IMG/VR virus record: IMGVR_UViG_3300045596_000094
Span: 128,001 to 192,000 of that record
Length of the DNA: 64,000 bases
Source: a virus
Taxonomy: Duplodnaviria; Caudoviricetes
Direction: 5' to 3' (one strand)
Made by a program: the position numbers and the translations under genes. Under the pieces are notes generated by a model, which was not told the DNA's origin, made no database searches, and worked only from the letters and a program-made list of their open reading frames with translations. Below are positions 39,806-48,431 of the stretch, piece after piece. The stretch's first letter is position 1. Every line of letters begins with the position of its first letter.

Positions 39806-40446
39806 TAGAATAACTCGTAATCGTCATCGTTGTCATCTACAGCAGAATCTTCTTCTACAGCATTGGGTTTGGTAGATTCAGCCTCACCGGGTAACGTGTA
39901 GCGTGGGAAACCGTAGTAATCGAAAATTACGTTCCATTGACGAATTTCGTCATATGAACCGGCATGTAAAATTACATTAGGGAGGATACGTTGTTTGATG
40001 AAACGATCACCTTCTGCAGGATGGACATTATACATGTTACCCGCTGTTTCAATTAATTGAAACATTTCCTCACCACCAATTCGAAGAGAGTCACGAGGTG
40101 CTCTGAAAATAGCGGGTACGGTAAACATCACAGTACCGTCAGCGGCAACAATCTCTGTAGGTAGATATGGGGACGGAACTGATTCAATCCATCGTTGCAT
40201 CATGTTACCCACTAGATGTTTTTCATCGAAATCGTAGGCATCGCCAGAAGCAGCGCGCATGTCTTGTAACATTTTATCGGCAACTTCTTTGTCCATTCCG
40301 CGGAGATCAAAGAAAGGTAAGAAGTCACGTTCAAAAATATCTTGTCGAAGTTTCTGCGCTGGTTTACGTACCAAGAAGTCCAACATCTGGGTATCTTCTT
40401 TTGTATTGTCTCTTGAAGCGGGATTGCCATCCATAGGTACTGTCAT
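39805..40446 (-). CDS. Conserved hypothetical protein with acidic tail (phiKZ gp64-like)
   Basis: Start reassigned to MTVPMD (40446), just after upstream stop; FERDFLPFF and FTVP motifs. Confidence 0.5.
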   Translation of the reverse strand: MTVPMDGNPASRDNTKEDTQMLDFLVRKPAQKLRQDIFERDFLPFFDLRGMDKEVADKMLQDMRAASGDAYDFDEKHLVGNMMQRWIESVPSPYLPTEIVAADGTVMFTVPAIFRAPRDSLRIGGEEMFQLIETAGNMYNVHPAEGDRFIKQRILPNVILHAGSYDEIRQWNVIFDYYGFPRYTLPGEAESTKPNAVEEDSAVDDNDDDYELF

Positions 40447-40447
40447 T

Positions 40448-40687
40448 TTAAACCATCCAAATATAAAGGGATTTAGGAACGGGATTGTTACGTATATGAT
40501 CACCAAACACCCAACCAGCTACTTGTTCAGGTAACCCTGAGGTGTTTGTTCTAATGTGAAATACCGTGCGATTATTATCACAGGGTTTGTAATCAACCAA
40601 CATGAAATTTGTTTCATTATGCGGGCAAGATTCGCTATAATTTATAGAAATCGGAGTACCCATTACATCAACTGTCATCTGACTCAT
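40448..40687 (-). CDS. Small hypothetical protein (79 aa)
   Basis: ATGA overlap with upstream gene. Confidence 0.5.
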   Translation of the reverse strand: MSQMTVDVMGTPISINYSESCPHNETNFMLVDYKPCDNNRTVFHIRTNTSGLPEQVAGWVFGDHIRNNPVPKSLYIWMV

Positions 40688-41103
40688 CGTTTCACTACCT
40701 CAGCTATACGAAGTAACTGCGTCCCTTCAATCATTACCGTCTGATGGAGCGAACCTCGACCAGAACTGGTTGCGAACCATGCACCTAGGAGGATCTCATA
40801 GCGATTCTCTATTTCCGCACCGGTATAGGTATCTCTTACCGGCGTAAAGGTTACCTCAACCTGTGCATCATCCACGTAGTTCTCAACCATAATCAAGAAA
40901 TCATTTTGAATGCGGTTACAGGTTTCTTCAATGTTGTTTGGGTTCTGTTGGATTGCGTAAATTAATGAACAAAGTTGACCTTGGAACGTATTCGATTGCG
41001 AATAGTTGGTTCCAATATAATCCGCTAGAGCCATTTGCACTTTTTCATATGGTCCTTTCAACCAACCCGCCCGATCTAAAGTCGGGTAAACATTTTCAGC
41101 CAT
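40684..41103 (-). CDS. Conserved protein, possible gp25-like fold (phiKZ gp62-like)
   Basis: PTL...GW, NYSQS motifs; helix-helix-beta pattern. Confidence 0.45.
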   Translation of the reverse strand: MAENVYPTLDRAGWLKGPYEKVQMALADYIGTNYSQSNTFQGQLCSLIYAIQQNPNNIEETCNRIQNDFLIMVENYVDDAQVEVTFTPVRDTYTGAEIENRYEILLGAWFATSSGRGSLHQTVMIEGTQLLRIAEVVKR

Positions 41104-41164
41104 AATCTGCTCCGAAATAGAAAAAAATAATAGGACCGAAATCCTATTATTACCTAATCAACAA

Positions 41165-41800
41165 CTAAAGCATAGCATTAGCTGGTGAAGTCGGATCTTC
41201 TTTACGACGGCTAAGATGCATTTTCATATGTGCCCAGGTTTCCATGATCGCTGTTTGATCAGCTAGGTCAAGATTCATGATTTCTGTTTCTGGAGTATCG
41301 AACTCACCTAAGTACTCTACACAGATCTCCTCTTCGGTATCGCCCACTTGTTGGAATACACCATTGACCACCGCTTTATAAGCTAAGGTCTCTGTGGGAT
41401 CAATATCACGATGTTCCTGATCTACCCAACGCCCGTCATAACCAGCAATTTCTTGACGATAATACATATCACGTACACCAGGACACGCCATGATATATTG
41501 TAGCATAGTGTTTGGTGCGTTTTGCAATTTACCGATAGTATCTAGAACTTGTACATGATCAGGCATCCAGAAAGATTCCACTTTCCGTACAAGTGCCTTA
41601 GCCATACGGGTAATGTCGTTATATGCTAACGCATCAAAAACTGTACCTACTGTATTTTGGAAGAAAGTCCGTGCTTCTGGAAGCATTTGACTTTGGATTG
41701 CTTCATTCCGTTGGAGACACCATTGTGCCGTCATCGGATCTGGTGCACCACATGCAATGGCGCTAAACGTATTTGAATCACCATTAATAAATGTAAGCAT
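41165..41800 (-). CDS. Conserved chimallivirus hypothetical protein (211 aa)
   Basis: LQNAP..M..YIMA.P..R..Y...I.GY and terminal DPTS motifs. Confidence 0.55.
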   Translation of the reverse strand: MLTFINGDSNTFSAIACGAPDPMTAQWCLQRNEAIQSQMLPEARTFFQNTVGTVFDALAYNDITRMAKALVRKVESFWMPDHVQVLDTIGKLQNAPNTMLQYIMACPGVRDMYYRQEIAGYDGRWVDQEHRDIDPTETLAYKAVVNGVFQQVGDTEEEICVEYLGEFDTPETEIMNLDLADQTAIMETWAHMKMHLSRRKEDPTSPANAML

Positions 41801-41888
41801 TAGTAGTTTCCTTTATCTTCTCCAAAGAATATGATTTACTGTCATTTTTAAATGGTCGAAAATCACTCAATTTTATTACCTCTATCAC

Positions 41889-41920
41889 TATTCACTTTAA
41901 TATTGTATATCTAATAATTG
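41889..41920 (-). promoter_or_regulatory. Putative early promoter
   Basis: TATAC-AATAT-N5-TGAA. Confidence 0.6.
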
Positions 41921-41975
41921 TTTATTTATACTTCGTTCATTTATTATGAACTTGATTTAACTTCACAGGCTTAAC

Positions 41976-42575
41976 ATGAACGTTTTTATTTGTAACGGTG
42001 CTCCTTTTTCTGGTAAAGATACACTCGTAACTAAGATCCTCTCTTACTTTGGTGAGCACGGTGTACTCACTCGTTTTAAAGATCCGTTATATGCTCGTTT
42101 CTCTGAGAGACACAATCTACCTTTAGAGAAAGTTATTGAAATATGTAATGGTCCTCAGAAGGACCAACCGTGTGATCTAATCGGTGGTTTGATTCCTCGT
42201 CAAGAACTTATCGATATCAGCGAAAACGGTATTAAGAAAGAACTAGGGGAGACAGGCGTAGCTTATCTCACTGCTGAAAATATTCTTTCTACAGAAGAAC
42301 ATGGTCGAAAAACATTTGTTATGCCAGATGGCGGGTTTGAAAAAGAACGTGCATATTTACAAACAGCGTTACGCCGTTTCGGTTTGACTGGGTTATATGT
42401 TTTGCGTATCCTACGTGATGGTTATACCTTTGAAGCTGTAAATGATTCACGTAGTTTTGTTTCTAATCCTGATCTAATCATTGATAATAACGTTCACGAA
42501 TCTGAAGAAGAACGCGGTAACCATATGTTCCAACAATGGAAGGTTTGGTACGAAACTGAAATCATGCAAAAATAA
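41976..42575 (+). CDS. Deoxynucleoside monophosphate kinase (T4 gp1-like)
   Basis: P-loop NGAPFSGKDT, FKDPL, PRQ.LI..SE, PDGGF..E. Confidence 0.8.
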   Translation: MNVFICNGAPFSGKDTLVTKILSYFGEHGVLTRFKDPLYARFSERHNLPLEKVIEICNGPQKDQPCDLIGGLIPRQELIDISENGIKKELGETGVAYLTAENILSTEEHGRKTFVMPDGGFEKERAYLQTALRRFGLTGLYVLRILRDGYTFEAVNDSRSFVSNPDLIIDNNVHESEEERGNHMFQQWKVWYETEIMQK

Positions 42576-42624
42576 AAATAGAGCACATATGGAGCGGGTT
42601 TCCCCGCTCTGTATGTTTATGCTT

Positions 42625-43206
42625 TTATACACAGGTGCGATTCCCCGTAATGCGGAATTGTTGTGCGTTTTGATAATTGATGGAATAACTAACAATCTCA
42701 CATCTACCATTAATAATCACGTGTGATTCGTAATTATTCATACCGTATGGGTTGTATTCTGGATCTAGGCGATATTGGTCTTCGATGTGGATTTTTGTAT
42801 GGGCTATACCTGTACGTTTTTCAGTATCTAACCAAATAAGGTCGTAAACAGTCTCCATATCCGCTTGTTCATCTGCCCCCATATCCTGCTTAAATGTGGG
42901 TGCGGGAATATCGGCTACAGGTACTTTATCGCTAGCCACTGCAGCAGCACCTATTGCTGCTAGTGCTCGGATATCTTTATCGTTAGGATTTCTATCTACT
43001 TCAATTCCAGGAAATTCTTTAGGGGTACTGTTAGCCATTTGACTATATATTGCTTCGGTTTCTTTTACCTGTTGCTTTTGGTGGTTCTGCCATTTATAAT
43101 AGCCCCAAAATGCAAGGAATATAAAGCCATAAAGGATACAACGTTGTGCTGTGAAAAATTCTTTATTTGTAGACATAGCGGTTTCCTTAAATTTGATTAA
43201 TGTCAT
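42625..43206 (-). CDS. Single-pass membrane protein
   Basis: N-terminal TM (CILYGFIFLAFWGYY); real start likely MSTNKE at ~43176 (AAGGA SD). Confidence 0.6.
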   Translation of the reverse strand: MTLIKFKETAMSTNKEFFTAQRCILYGFIFLAFWGYYKWQNHQKQQVKETEAIYSQMANSTPKEFPGIEVDRNPNDKDIRALAAIGAAAVASDKVPVADIPAPTFKQDMGADEQADMETVYDLIWLDTEKRTGIAHTKIHIEDQYRLDPEYNPYGMNNYESHVIINGRCEIVSYSINYQNAQQFRITGNRTCV

Positions 43207-43245
43207 AGTAGAAGAGAGAGTATCCCGAAGGATACTCTACTCGGT

Positions 43246-44865
43246 TTATGCTGTCTTTTTACGTTTCTTACGTTTATCTCGACCACCACGTAACCAGTTC
43301 GCCATTGTGAATGTTTGTGGCGCTTGTTGCGTAAATGCTCCAGATACCGTTCTTGGATTGTCCATACTCAGTACAGAACGAGATGGTGCAAGACGAATGA
43401 AACGTTTATCCATTTCTTTATCTAGAATTAACCAGATGTGTAATGCATCGCCGTCAAAGTCTGCATTTGGCCCATTTGTGATATTCACGGACATTGAGAT
43501 TGTACGAATACGAGGATCAGTTTTGACCTTGGTAATTCGACAACGCTGCATTGACGACTTCTCTAGAGAAGGTGGTCGTTGGAAAGTACATGGGATACCA
43601 CCACCAGCTTCCATGATTAGTTCTTGAAAGATCTGATCTAGTAGTGGGTGATAGTTGTTGGTGTGATCATCAATGAACTTGTTTGCTACTTTAGGGGAGT
43701 ACCCTTTTCGCTTTAACTTATTCATGATGTGGGTTCGGAACATCGCTACTGCTGGTGCCCACGGTACATGTAACTCATCATGCTGATGGGTTTCATTGAT
43801 ACTGGTAATTACGGCACGCATAGAGAACGCTAAGCGTCCACCAAATACATGGCGTCGATATTCCCCTTGCTTAGAACCTGCAGTGCCTGAAATAAAGGCT
43901 TTACCAAATTCAGCCATTCGTTTCGTACAATGTACTGCTCGTCGATTACAGACAGAGAACTTAATCTTCTTATCTGAGTTTGCAATGGAAATCCCAATCT
44001 GTTTTACCGCATACATGGCATCGGAGGCTGTAGCCATTGAAACGTCAACCCATGTTCCAGAGTTATTTGTTTCTAATACAACCCCCAAAGAAGAAGGCAT
44101 AGCTAGATATTGAGTAAACACTCGAGTTTTATCCGCAATGTATTTTTCAATAAATATGGCTAATTTACGATCTTCTAGGTTCTTGTCACCTAATGGCGTA
44201 TTCATTAGAAGCCAAGTCCCTTCTACCTTACCTTCGCGTAGATCTTGGAAAGCGGCTGCAACATCTGCATCGGTCATACCTTCGATATTACGTGGTTTCT
44301 TACGTAATAGCATTAAAGACACAAACAGACGCATAATGGTTGCAAAATTATCATGGAAGAAATTGAGATTTCTTTCTTGCTTCGTAAGATTGAAATTCTC
44401 GAGTATCTTAGCATAATCTTTCTGCTTCTTCGGATCTGGATCTGGGTAGGAAGGATTGACAAACCACTCCAACATATTCCAACCAGTCTTTGTGAGGTAG
44501 CGTGAAGTCACTGCCCACCAACCAGGAGCAATGAACTTATTAACACCATCAGGGGTACGTACCCACAGGTTAGATTCCAAGGGTTTATCTAAAATATCTA
44601 GACATTCGGTATTACAATTCGGACAAATGAGTCCTTTATTGAATGGTCCAGACATTTCCCCACATGAACATTTTGGAACTGCTTTCATTACATCGCCTTG
44701 GTAGCGTGTATAAAGCAGCGAGTTCAGCTTATCCTGTCCTTCCTTTGTTGTAGTATCGATATCGTTTGCTATTAATACTGGATAAGTTGCCGATGCTACG
44801 ATTCTCTCGTAATCCGGAAAATCTGGCATCTCTGTTGTGGCAATAGGTGGTGGGAAACTTAACAT
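43246..44865 (-). CDS. Non-virion RNAP beta' subunit, N-terminal catalytic part (phiKZ gp55/56.1-like), uninterrupted
   Basis: Zn finger CSC...CPNC, RAVI, QRPPSL, catalytic NADFDGD. Confidence 0.9.
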   Translation of the reverse strand: MLSFPPPIATTEMPDFPDYERIVASATYPVLIANDIDTTTKEGQDKLNSLLYTRYQGDVMKAVPKCSCGEMSGPFNKGLICPNCNTECLDILDKPLESNLWVRTPDGVNKFIAPGWWAVTSRYLTKTGWNMLEWFVNPSYPDPDPKKQKDYAKILENFNLTKQERNLNFFHDNFATIMRLFVSLMLLRKKPRNIEGMTDADVAAAFQDLREGKVEGTWLLMNTPLGDKNLEDRKLAIFIEKYIADKTRVFTQYLAMPSSLGVVLETNNSGTWVDVSMATASDAMYAVKQIGISIANSDKKIKFSVCNRRAVHCTKRMAEFGKAFISGTAGSKQGEYRRHVFGGRLAFSMRAVITSINETHQHDELHVPWAPAVAMFRTHIMNKLKRKGYSPKVANKFIDDHTNNYHPLLDQIFQELIMEAGGGIPCTFQRPPSLEKSSMQRCRITKVKTDPRIRTISMSVNITNGPNADFDGDALHIWLILDKEMDKRFIRLAPSRSVLSMDNPRTVSGAFTQQAPQTFTMANWLRGGRDKRKKRKKTA

Positions 44866-44907
44866 TATTGTTCTTCCATAATCAGATAAATAAAAAAGAG
44901 GGTATAA

Positions 44908-44935
44908 AAGAAAGCTGGCCGAAACCAGCTTTCTT
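44908..44935 (-). terminator. Terminator after chimallin
   Basis: AAGAAAGCTGG-CCGAAA-CCAGCTTTCTT; U-tract on minus strand. Confidence 0.7.
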
Positions 44936-44955
44936 AGATCTTATTTAATTACCGA

Positions 44956-47082
44956 TTAACCGTAGAAGTTAAATGGTCGTGCTTCACCGATGTTGTAGAT
45001 TGAACCTTGAAGCTGTGAAGAAGCCTGTTGATACAAACCAGAACCTACGTTTGGATCTACCATTACAGAAGACCAATCTTGGATCGTTTGAGTGTAGACT
45101 TGTTGTTGAGAGTTTAACAAAGTATTGTTAGAGTTCAACGTGAAGCCTGTCTTCTCGATTGCTTCAACCAATGCTGTAACGAAAGCAGCAGAAAGGTCAA
45201 ATTTAGTTGTATAACCTTTTACATGTACTTCTGAGCAAAGCGCACGGAAGATACGTAGGCGGTTATCTAAACGCACCAATGGTTCTTCGATCGTAGTTAC
45301 AGTCGTAGCCAAGTAGTCCTGCACTAATTGAATATTACCAGCGGCAATGTTCAAAATAGCAAGTAAGTCTAGTTCACGTAAATCGCGGTATTCACCTTCT
45401 GGGTTTTTGTAGAAACCAGTATGGTTACGGTCACGAGTTTCACGAACAACAGGAATACCAGCTGCTGCTTCAATAGAAACACCACATTTCGCCGCGTAGA
45501 TAGAACGGAAACGACCACCCGTTAAGTTATCTGCCGCATTTACGATTGCTGCGTTTGCATTGCTACCATCAGTACCTGCAGCTTTAGCAAATACATCCAA
45601 TAACCAGCCATTAGAAGAAGCTTGTTCAATTTCTAATGTATATACTGGGCTTGGAGAAATTGCTGTTGCGATTAACTGTTGAAGTTGTTGATCAGATTCA
45701 ATAGTTAAAAGACCGGGCTGATTATCTTGAGCCAAGTGAGGAAGCTGCCAGCCCAAAGCACCAAGGTTACGTAAGTTACCACCAGTAGAACGGTTGTAGC
45801 TATCGCTCCACTGAATACCATAGCCACGGTTACGGTTCAGTGTAGTTAAGTTCGCGATACCCAATACTGCAAATTCTAAAGCAGAACCAGTCATACGTGA
45901 AACCAACTGAGTGATTGTAATACGTGGAACGTAATGGTATTGCGGTTGACCTTGTTGGAACATTGGGAAGTTGTTCGCTGCACCAAATGTTGATTGTGGA
46001 GCTGTGTATAGCAAATCTACATACGCAGCAGAATCAGTTAATTCGCGCTGAGTATTAGATTGAATCACTTGTTGCTTAGCGCTACGATACTGCATGATCA
46101 ACTTCGCAGTAATGTCAGAACGCACTGGTAAACCTGTTGCAGTGTGTTTGTCTTCATTTACAGCAAATTTACTTACGATAGAAACGTTTGGATCAGTTTT
46201 AATTTTATCCAAGTTAAATGCGTAAGCTTGGGCTTGAGGATCGCAACGACGAAGAGTAGCATCGATTGCGTCAGCAGCTTCGTTCAAGATTTTAGTTACT
46301 GTAATTTCGTCACGTACATTTGTTTGGCTGTAGATAACCTGCAGACCAGCATCAACAATGTTTGTTTCGTTTTTGTAGTAACGAGAAACTTCTTTGTGGA
46401 CCAAGTGTTTCAAATCATCTTTAAACGCATCAACCGGAGTAAGAATGATTTCAATTACATTGCCATGAACTTGCTGTGTTAAAGTTTCCAATGGTGGTCG
46501 TGAAGTTTCTAAGATCCAGCTTTGAACTGCAATTGTATTTTTGTTGTTTACTGATTGGAAAGTAGAAACAGCAAGAACAGTAAAGCTACCAGTTACCGAT
46601 TTCGGTACAACATGGAAGTTTAATACGCCTTGAGAGTTTGCACCACTAATCGTAGATTTGTCCTGAATTTCTTTTACCATTTTCAAAAGGGCAGCTGCAT
46701 CAGTATCGCCTTGGTCAGCTACTTGGAAACGTGGGTTATAATGGTCGAACATCATTTGAGCTGTGTTTGCGAAAGAGTTAGACATTGAAGGAGTCCCTTG
46801 ATATTGAGTTTGCGTTTGAGTTTGTTGAGCGTTAGTGTTATTGGTAGTAGTACGCTCCTGACTTGCTACCTTAGTTGCCTGAGCCATTGCTTGACCCATT
46901 GCCGTTTGCGGAACTGGTTCCACAACTGGAGAGACAGTTGCTTTTTCTGGAACTGGTTCAACCTTCGGTTCTGGTTGTGGCTCAGCGGTTCGTTCCTGAT
47001 GCTCGGCTTGTGCCTGAGCTTGAGCTAATGCAGCAGCATCTGCTTCACGTTGTTTCTCATTAGCTTTCTTTTGAACTGCCAT
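44956..47082 (-). CDS. chmA: Chimallin, major phage nuclear shell protein (phiKZ gp54-like)
   Basis: ~708 aa from MAVQKK (GGAG SD); directly upstream of nvRNAP beta'-N; GLPVRSD, YVDL.Y, P...IT, GFY.....RDLRELD.L motifs; highly-expressed codon usage. Confidence 0.85.
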   Translation of the reverse strand: MAVQKKANEKQREADAAALAQAQAQAEHQERTAEPQPEPKVEPVPEKATVSPVVEPVPQTAMGQAMAQATKVASQERTTTNNTNAQQTQTQTQYQGTPSMSNSFANTAQMMFDHYNPRFQVADQGDTDAAALLKMVKEIQDKSTISGANSQGVLNFHVVPKSVTGSFTVLAVSTFQSVNNKNTIAVQSWILETSRPPLETLTQQVHGNVIEIILTPVDAFKDDLKHLVHKEVSRYYKNETNIVDAGLQVIYSQTNVRDEITVTKILNEAADAIDATLRRCDPQAQAYAFNLDKIKTDPNVSIVSKFAVNEDKHTATGLPVRSDITAKLIMQYRSAKQQVIQSNTQRELTDSAAYVDLLYTAPQSTFGAANNFPMFQQGQPQYHYVPRITITQLVSRMTGSALEFAVLGIANLTTLNRNRGYGIQWSDSYNRSTGGNLRNLGALGWQLPHLAQDNQPGLLTIESDQQLQQLIATAISPSPVYTLEIEQASSNGWLLDVFAKAAGTDGSNANAAIVNAADNLTGGRFRSIYAAKCGVSIEAAAGIPVVRETRDRNHTGFYKNPEGEYRDLRELDLLAILNIAAGNIQLVQDYLATTVTTIEEPLVRLDNRLRIFRALCSEVHVKGYTTKFDLSAAFVTALVEAIEKTGFTLNSNNTLLNSQQQVYTQTIQDWSSVMVDPNVGSGLYQQASSQLQGSIYNIGEARPFNFYG

Positions 47083-47145
47083 TTGAGATCTCCAAATAAT
47101 AAGTTTATACAACAATATTGATCAATATTGAATAGTAACTCTACC

Positions 47146-47187
47146 ATTCAAGTTTATAGTGTAAGCCTAAAAATCTTTTAAATGAGA
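47146..47187 (-). promoter_or_regulatory. Putative early promoter for chmA
   Basis: CTTAC-ACTAT-N5-TGAA with upstream TCTCATTTAAAA element. Confidence 0.65.
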
Positions 47188-47313
47188 TTTTTTGAGATAC
47201 TAGATTCCTGTATGCGCCCCGACGAAAGGGCATTAGTTCTATAGTATATAGTAAACGACATTTATTTTTTACACGAATACTGTGATACCCATTTAGCATA
47301 TCAGAGATTAGTC

Positions 47314-48402
47314 ATGCTTAACATATTCAATCCACCGTTCATGGGCGGTCGGACACCACCTGTTCTACCGATGTACGATTACGTCGTACGAACAATGAAT
47401 CGAGAAATGAGTCGCGTTAAAGACTACTACCGAGAGAATAACTTCTCTTTAGAGAACACGCATCGAATCATCAAATTATTGATTGATCTTCAATCGTATA
47501 TGGATTGTAGTCCGGAAACACTCGTTAGGGCTGTACGTATTGATCTACCAAGATTATGTCGAACATACGGAATTACATCTGCTTTGGGTAATGGGGGTAT
47601 CCAAACTCGCGGCGAAATGTTTAAACAAAATTGTGCTGACGTTTTTATCTCTGTAGAATACGATTTCGATGTAAAAAAATGCTATACCTATTTTCAACAA
47701 CTGCAACCCATTAAAGTTCTGAGCCATGATTTTACCGATATTGGTTTTGGCTTGGCTAATGGTAAATATAATAGTCAAGAATATGGTACATGCGTTTTCT
47801 CTATTGATATCACCATGCTCGCTTTACAGTTTAAGGCGTGGTGGGATAAAGAACGTTACATCAAAGAGCAAGACATCAATCTCCCCACCCATATTTTCGC
47901 TCAGCGTTACCCTATCGTAAATATACTTGGGACACATACCGATATTGCTATTTTCAATCGTTTAATTTCGTTATTGAAAGGTAAAGAAATTCCAAACAGT
48001 CGAAACCAACACAGTTTCATGGTGGCTGATGTTAGCCCGCAATTAGATAAAACGCATTTACAGCTAATAGATAAACTAAAAGCTACAAAAACAGATTATC
48101 TACAAAGACTAAACGCGATACCGTCACTGCAGTTCGGTTCATACTTCCGTTCAACGAATCATCCAGATCTAGCTGTCACAAGGAATAATCGTTGGGCGAT
48201 GACTTTAGCCAGATTGAACACTGTGGAGTTTCTCCTAGAAGTGGATAGAGTATCCAATAGCGAAGCTACAAATATGTACGAGCGAGAATTGATGGCTCGC
48301 GAACTTCGTATAATGTTTAATGACCGATCATTAACTCCATATTTACCTACAGTTACAGTAGATCGAATTACCCGAGTATATTCTGAAGTGAGTAGAGAGT
48401 AG
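47314..48402 (+). CDS. Conserved chimallivirus protein (phiKZ gp52-like, virion-associated)
   Basis: 362 aa; divergent from chmA, convergent with DNA polymerase; IDITMLALQF motif. Confidence 0.55.
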   Translation: MLNIFNPPFMGGRTPPVLPMYDYVVRTMNREMSRVKDYYRENNFSLENTHRIIKLLIDLQSYMDCSPETLVRAVRIDLPRLCRTYGITSALGNGGIQTRGEMFKQNCADVFISVEYDFDVKKCYTYFQQLQPIKVLSHDFTDIGFGLANGKYNSQEYGTCVFSIDITMLALQFKAWWDKERYIKEQDINLPTHIFAQRYPIVNILGTHTDIAIFNRLISLLKGKEIPNSRNQHSFMVADVSPQLDKTHLQLIDKLKATKTDYLQRLNAIPSLQFGSYFRSTNHPDLAVTRNNRWAMTLARLNTVEFLLEVDRVSNSEATNMYERELMARELRIMFNDRSLTPYLPTVTVDRITRVYSEVSRE

Positions 48403-48419
48403 CCTTAGGGCTACTCTCT
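48394..48419. terminator. Bidirectional terminator hairpin
   Basis: AGAGAGTAGCC-TTAG-GGCTACTCTCT followed by TTATG. Confidence 0.7.
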
Positions 48420-48431
48420 GACTTATGTCTT

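Noticed and set aside
43151-43627. 158-aa plus-strand ORF and many other 60-135 aa antisense ORFs in the track
   Set aside because: Shadow ORFs opposite well-supported genes, with no SD or recognisable motifs.
47083-47115. TTG-start extension of chimallin (MLYKLIIWRSQ)
   Set aside because: ATG 47082 has a GGAG SD; the extension lies in the predicted leader.
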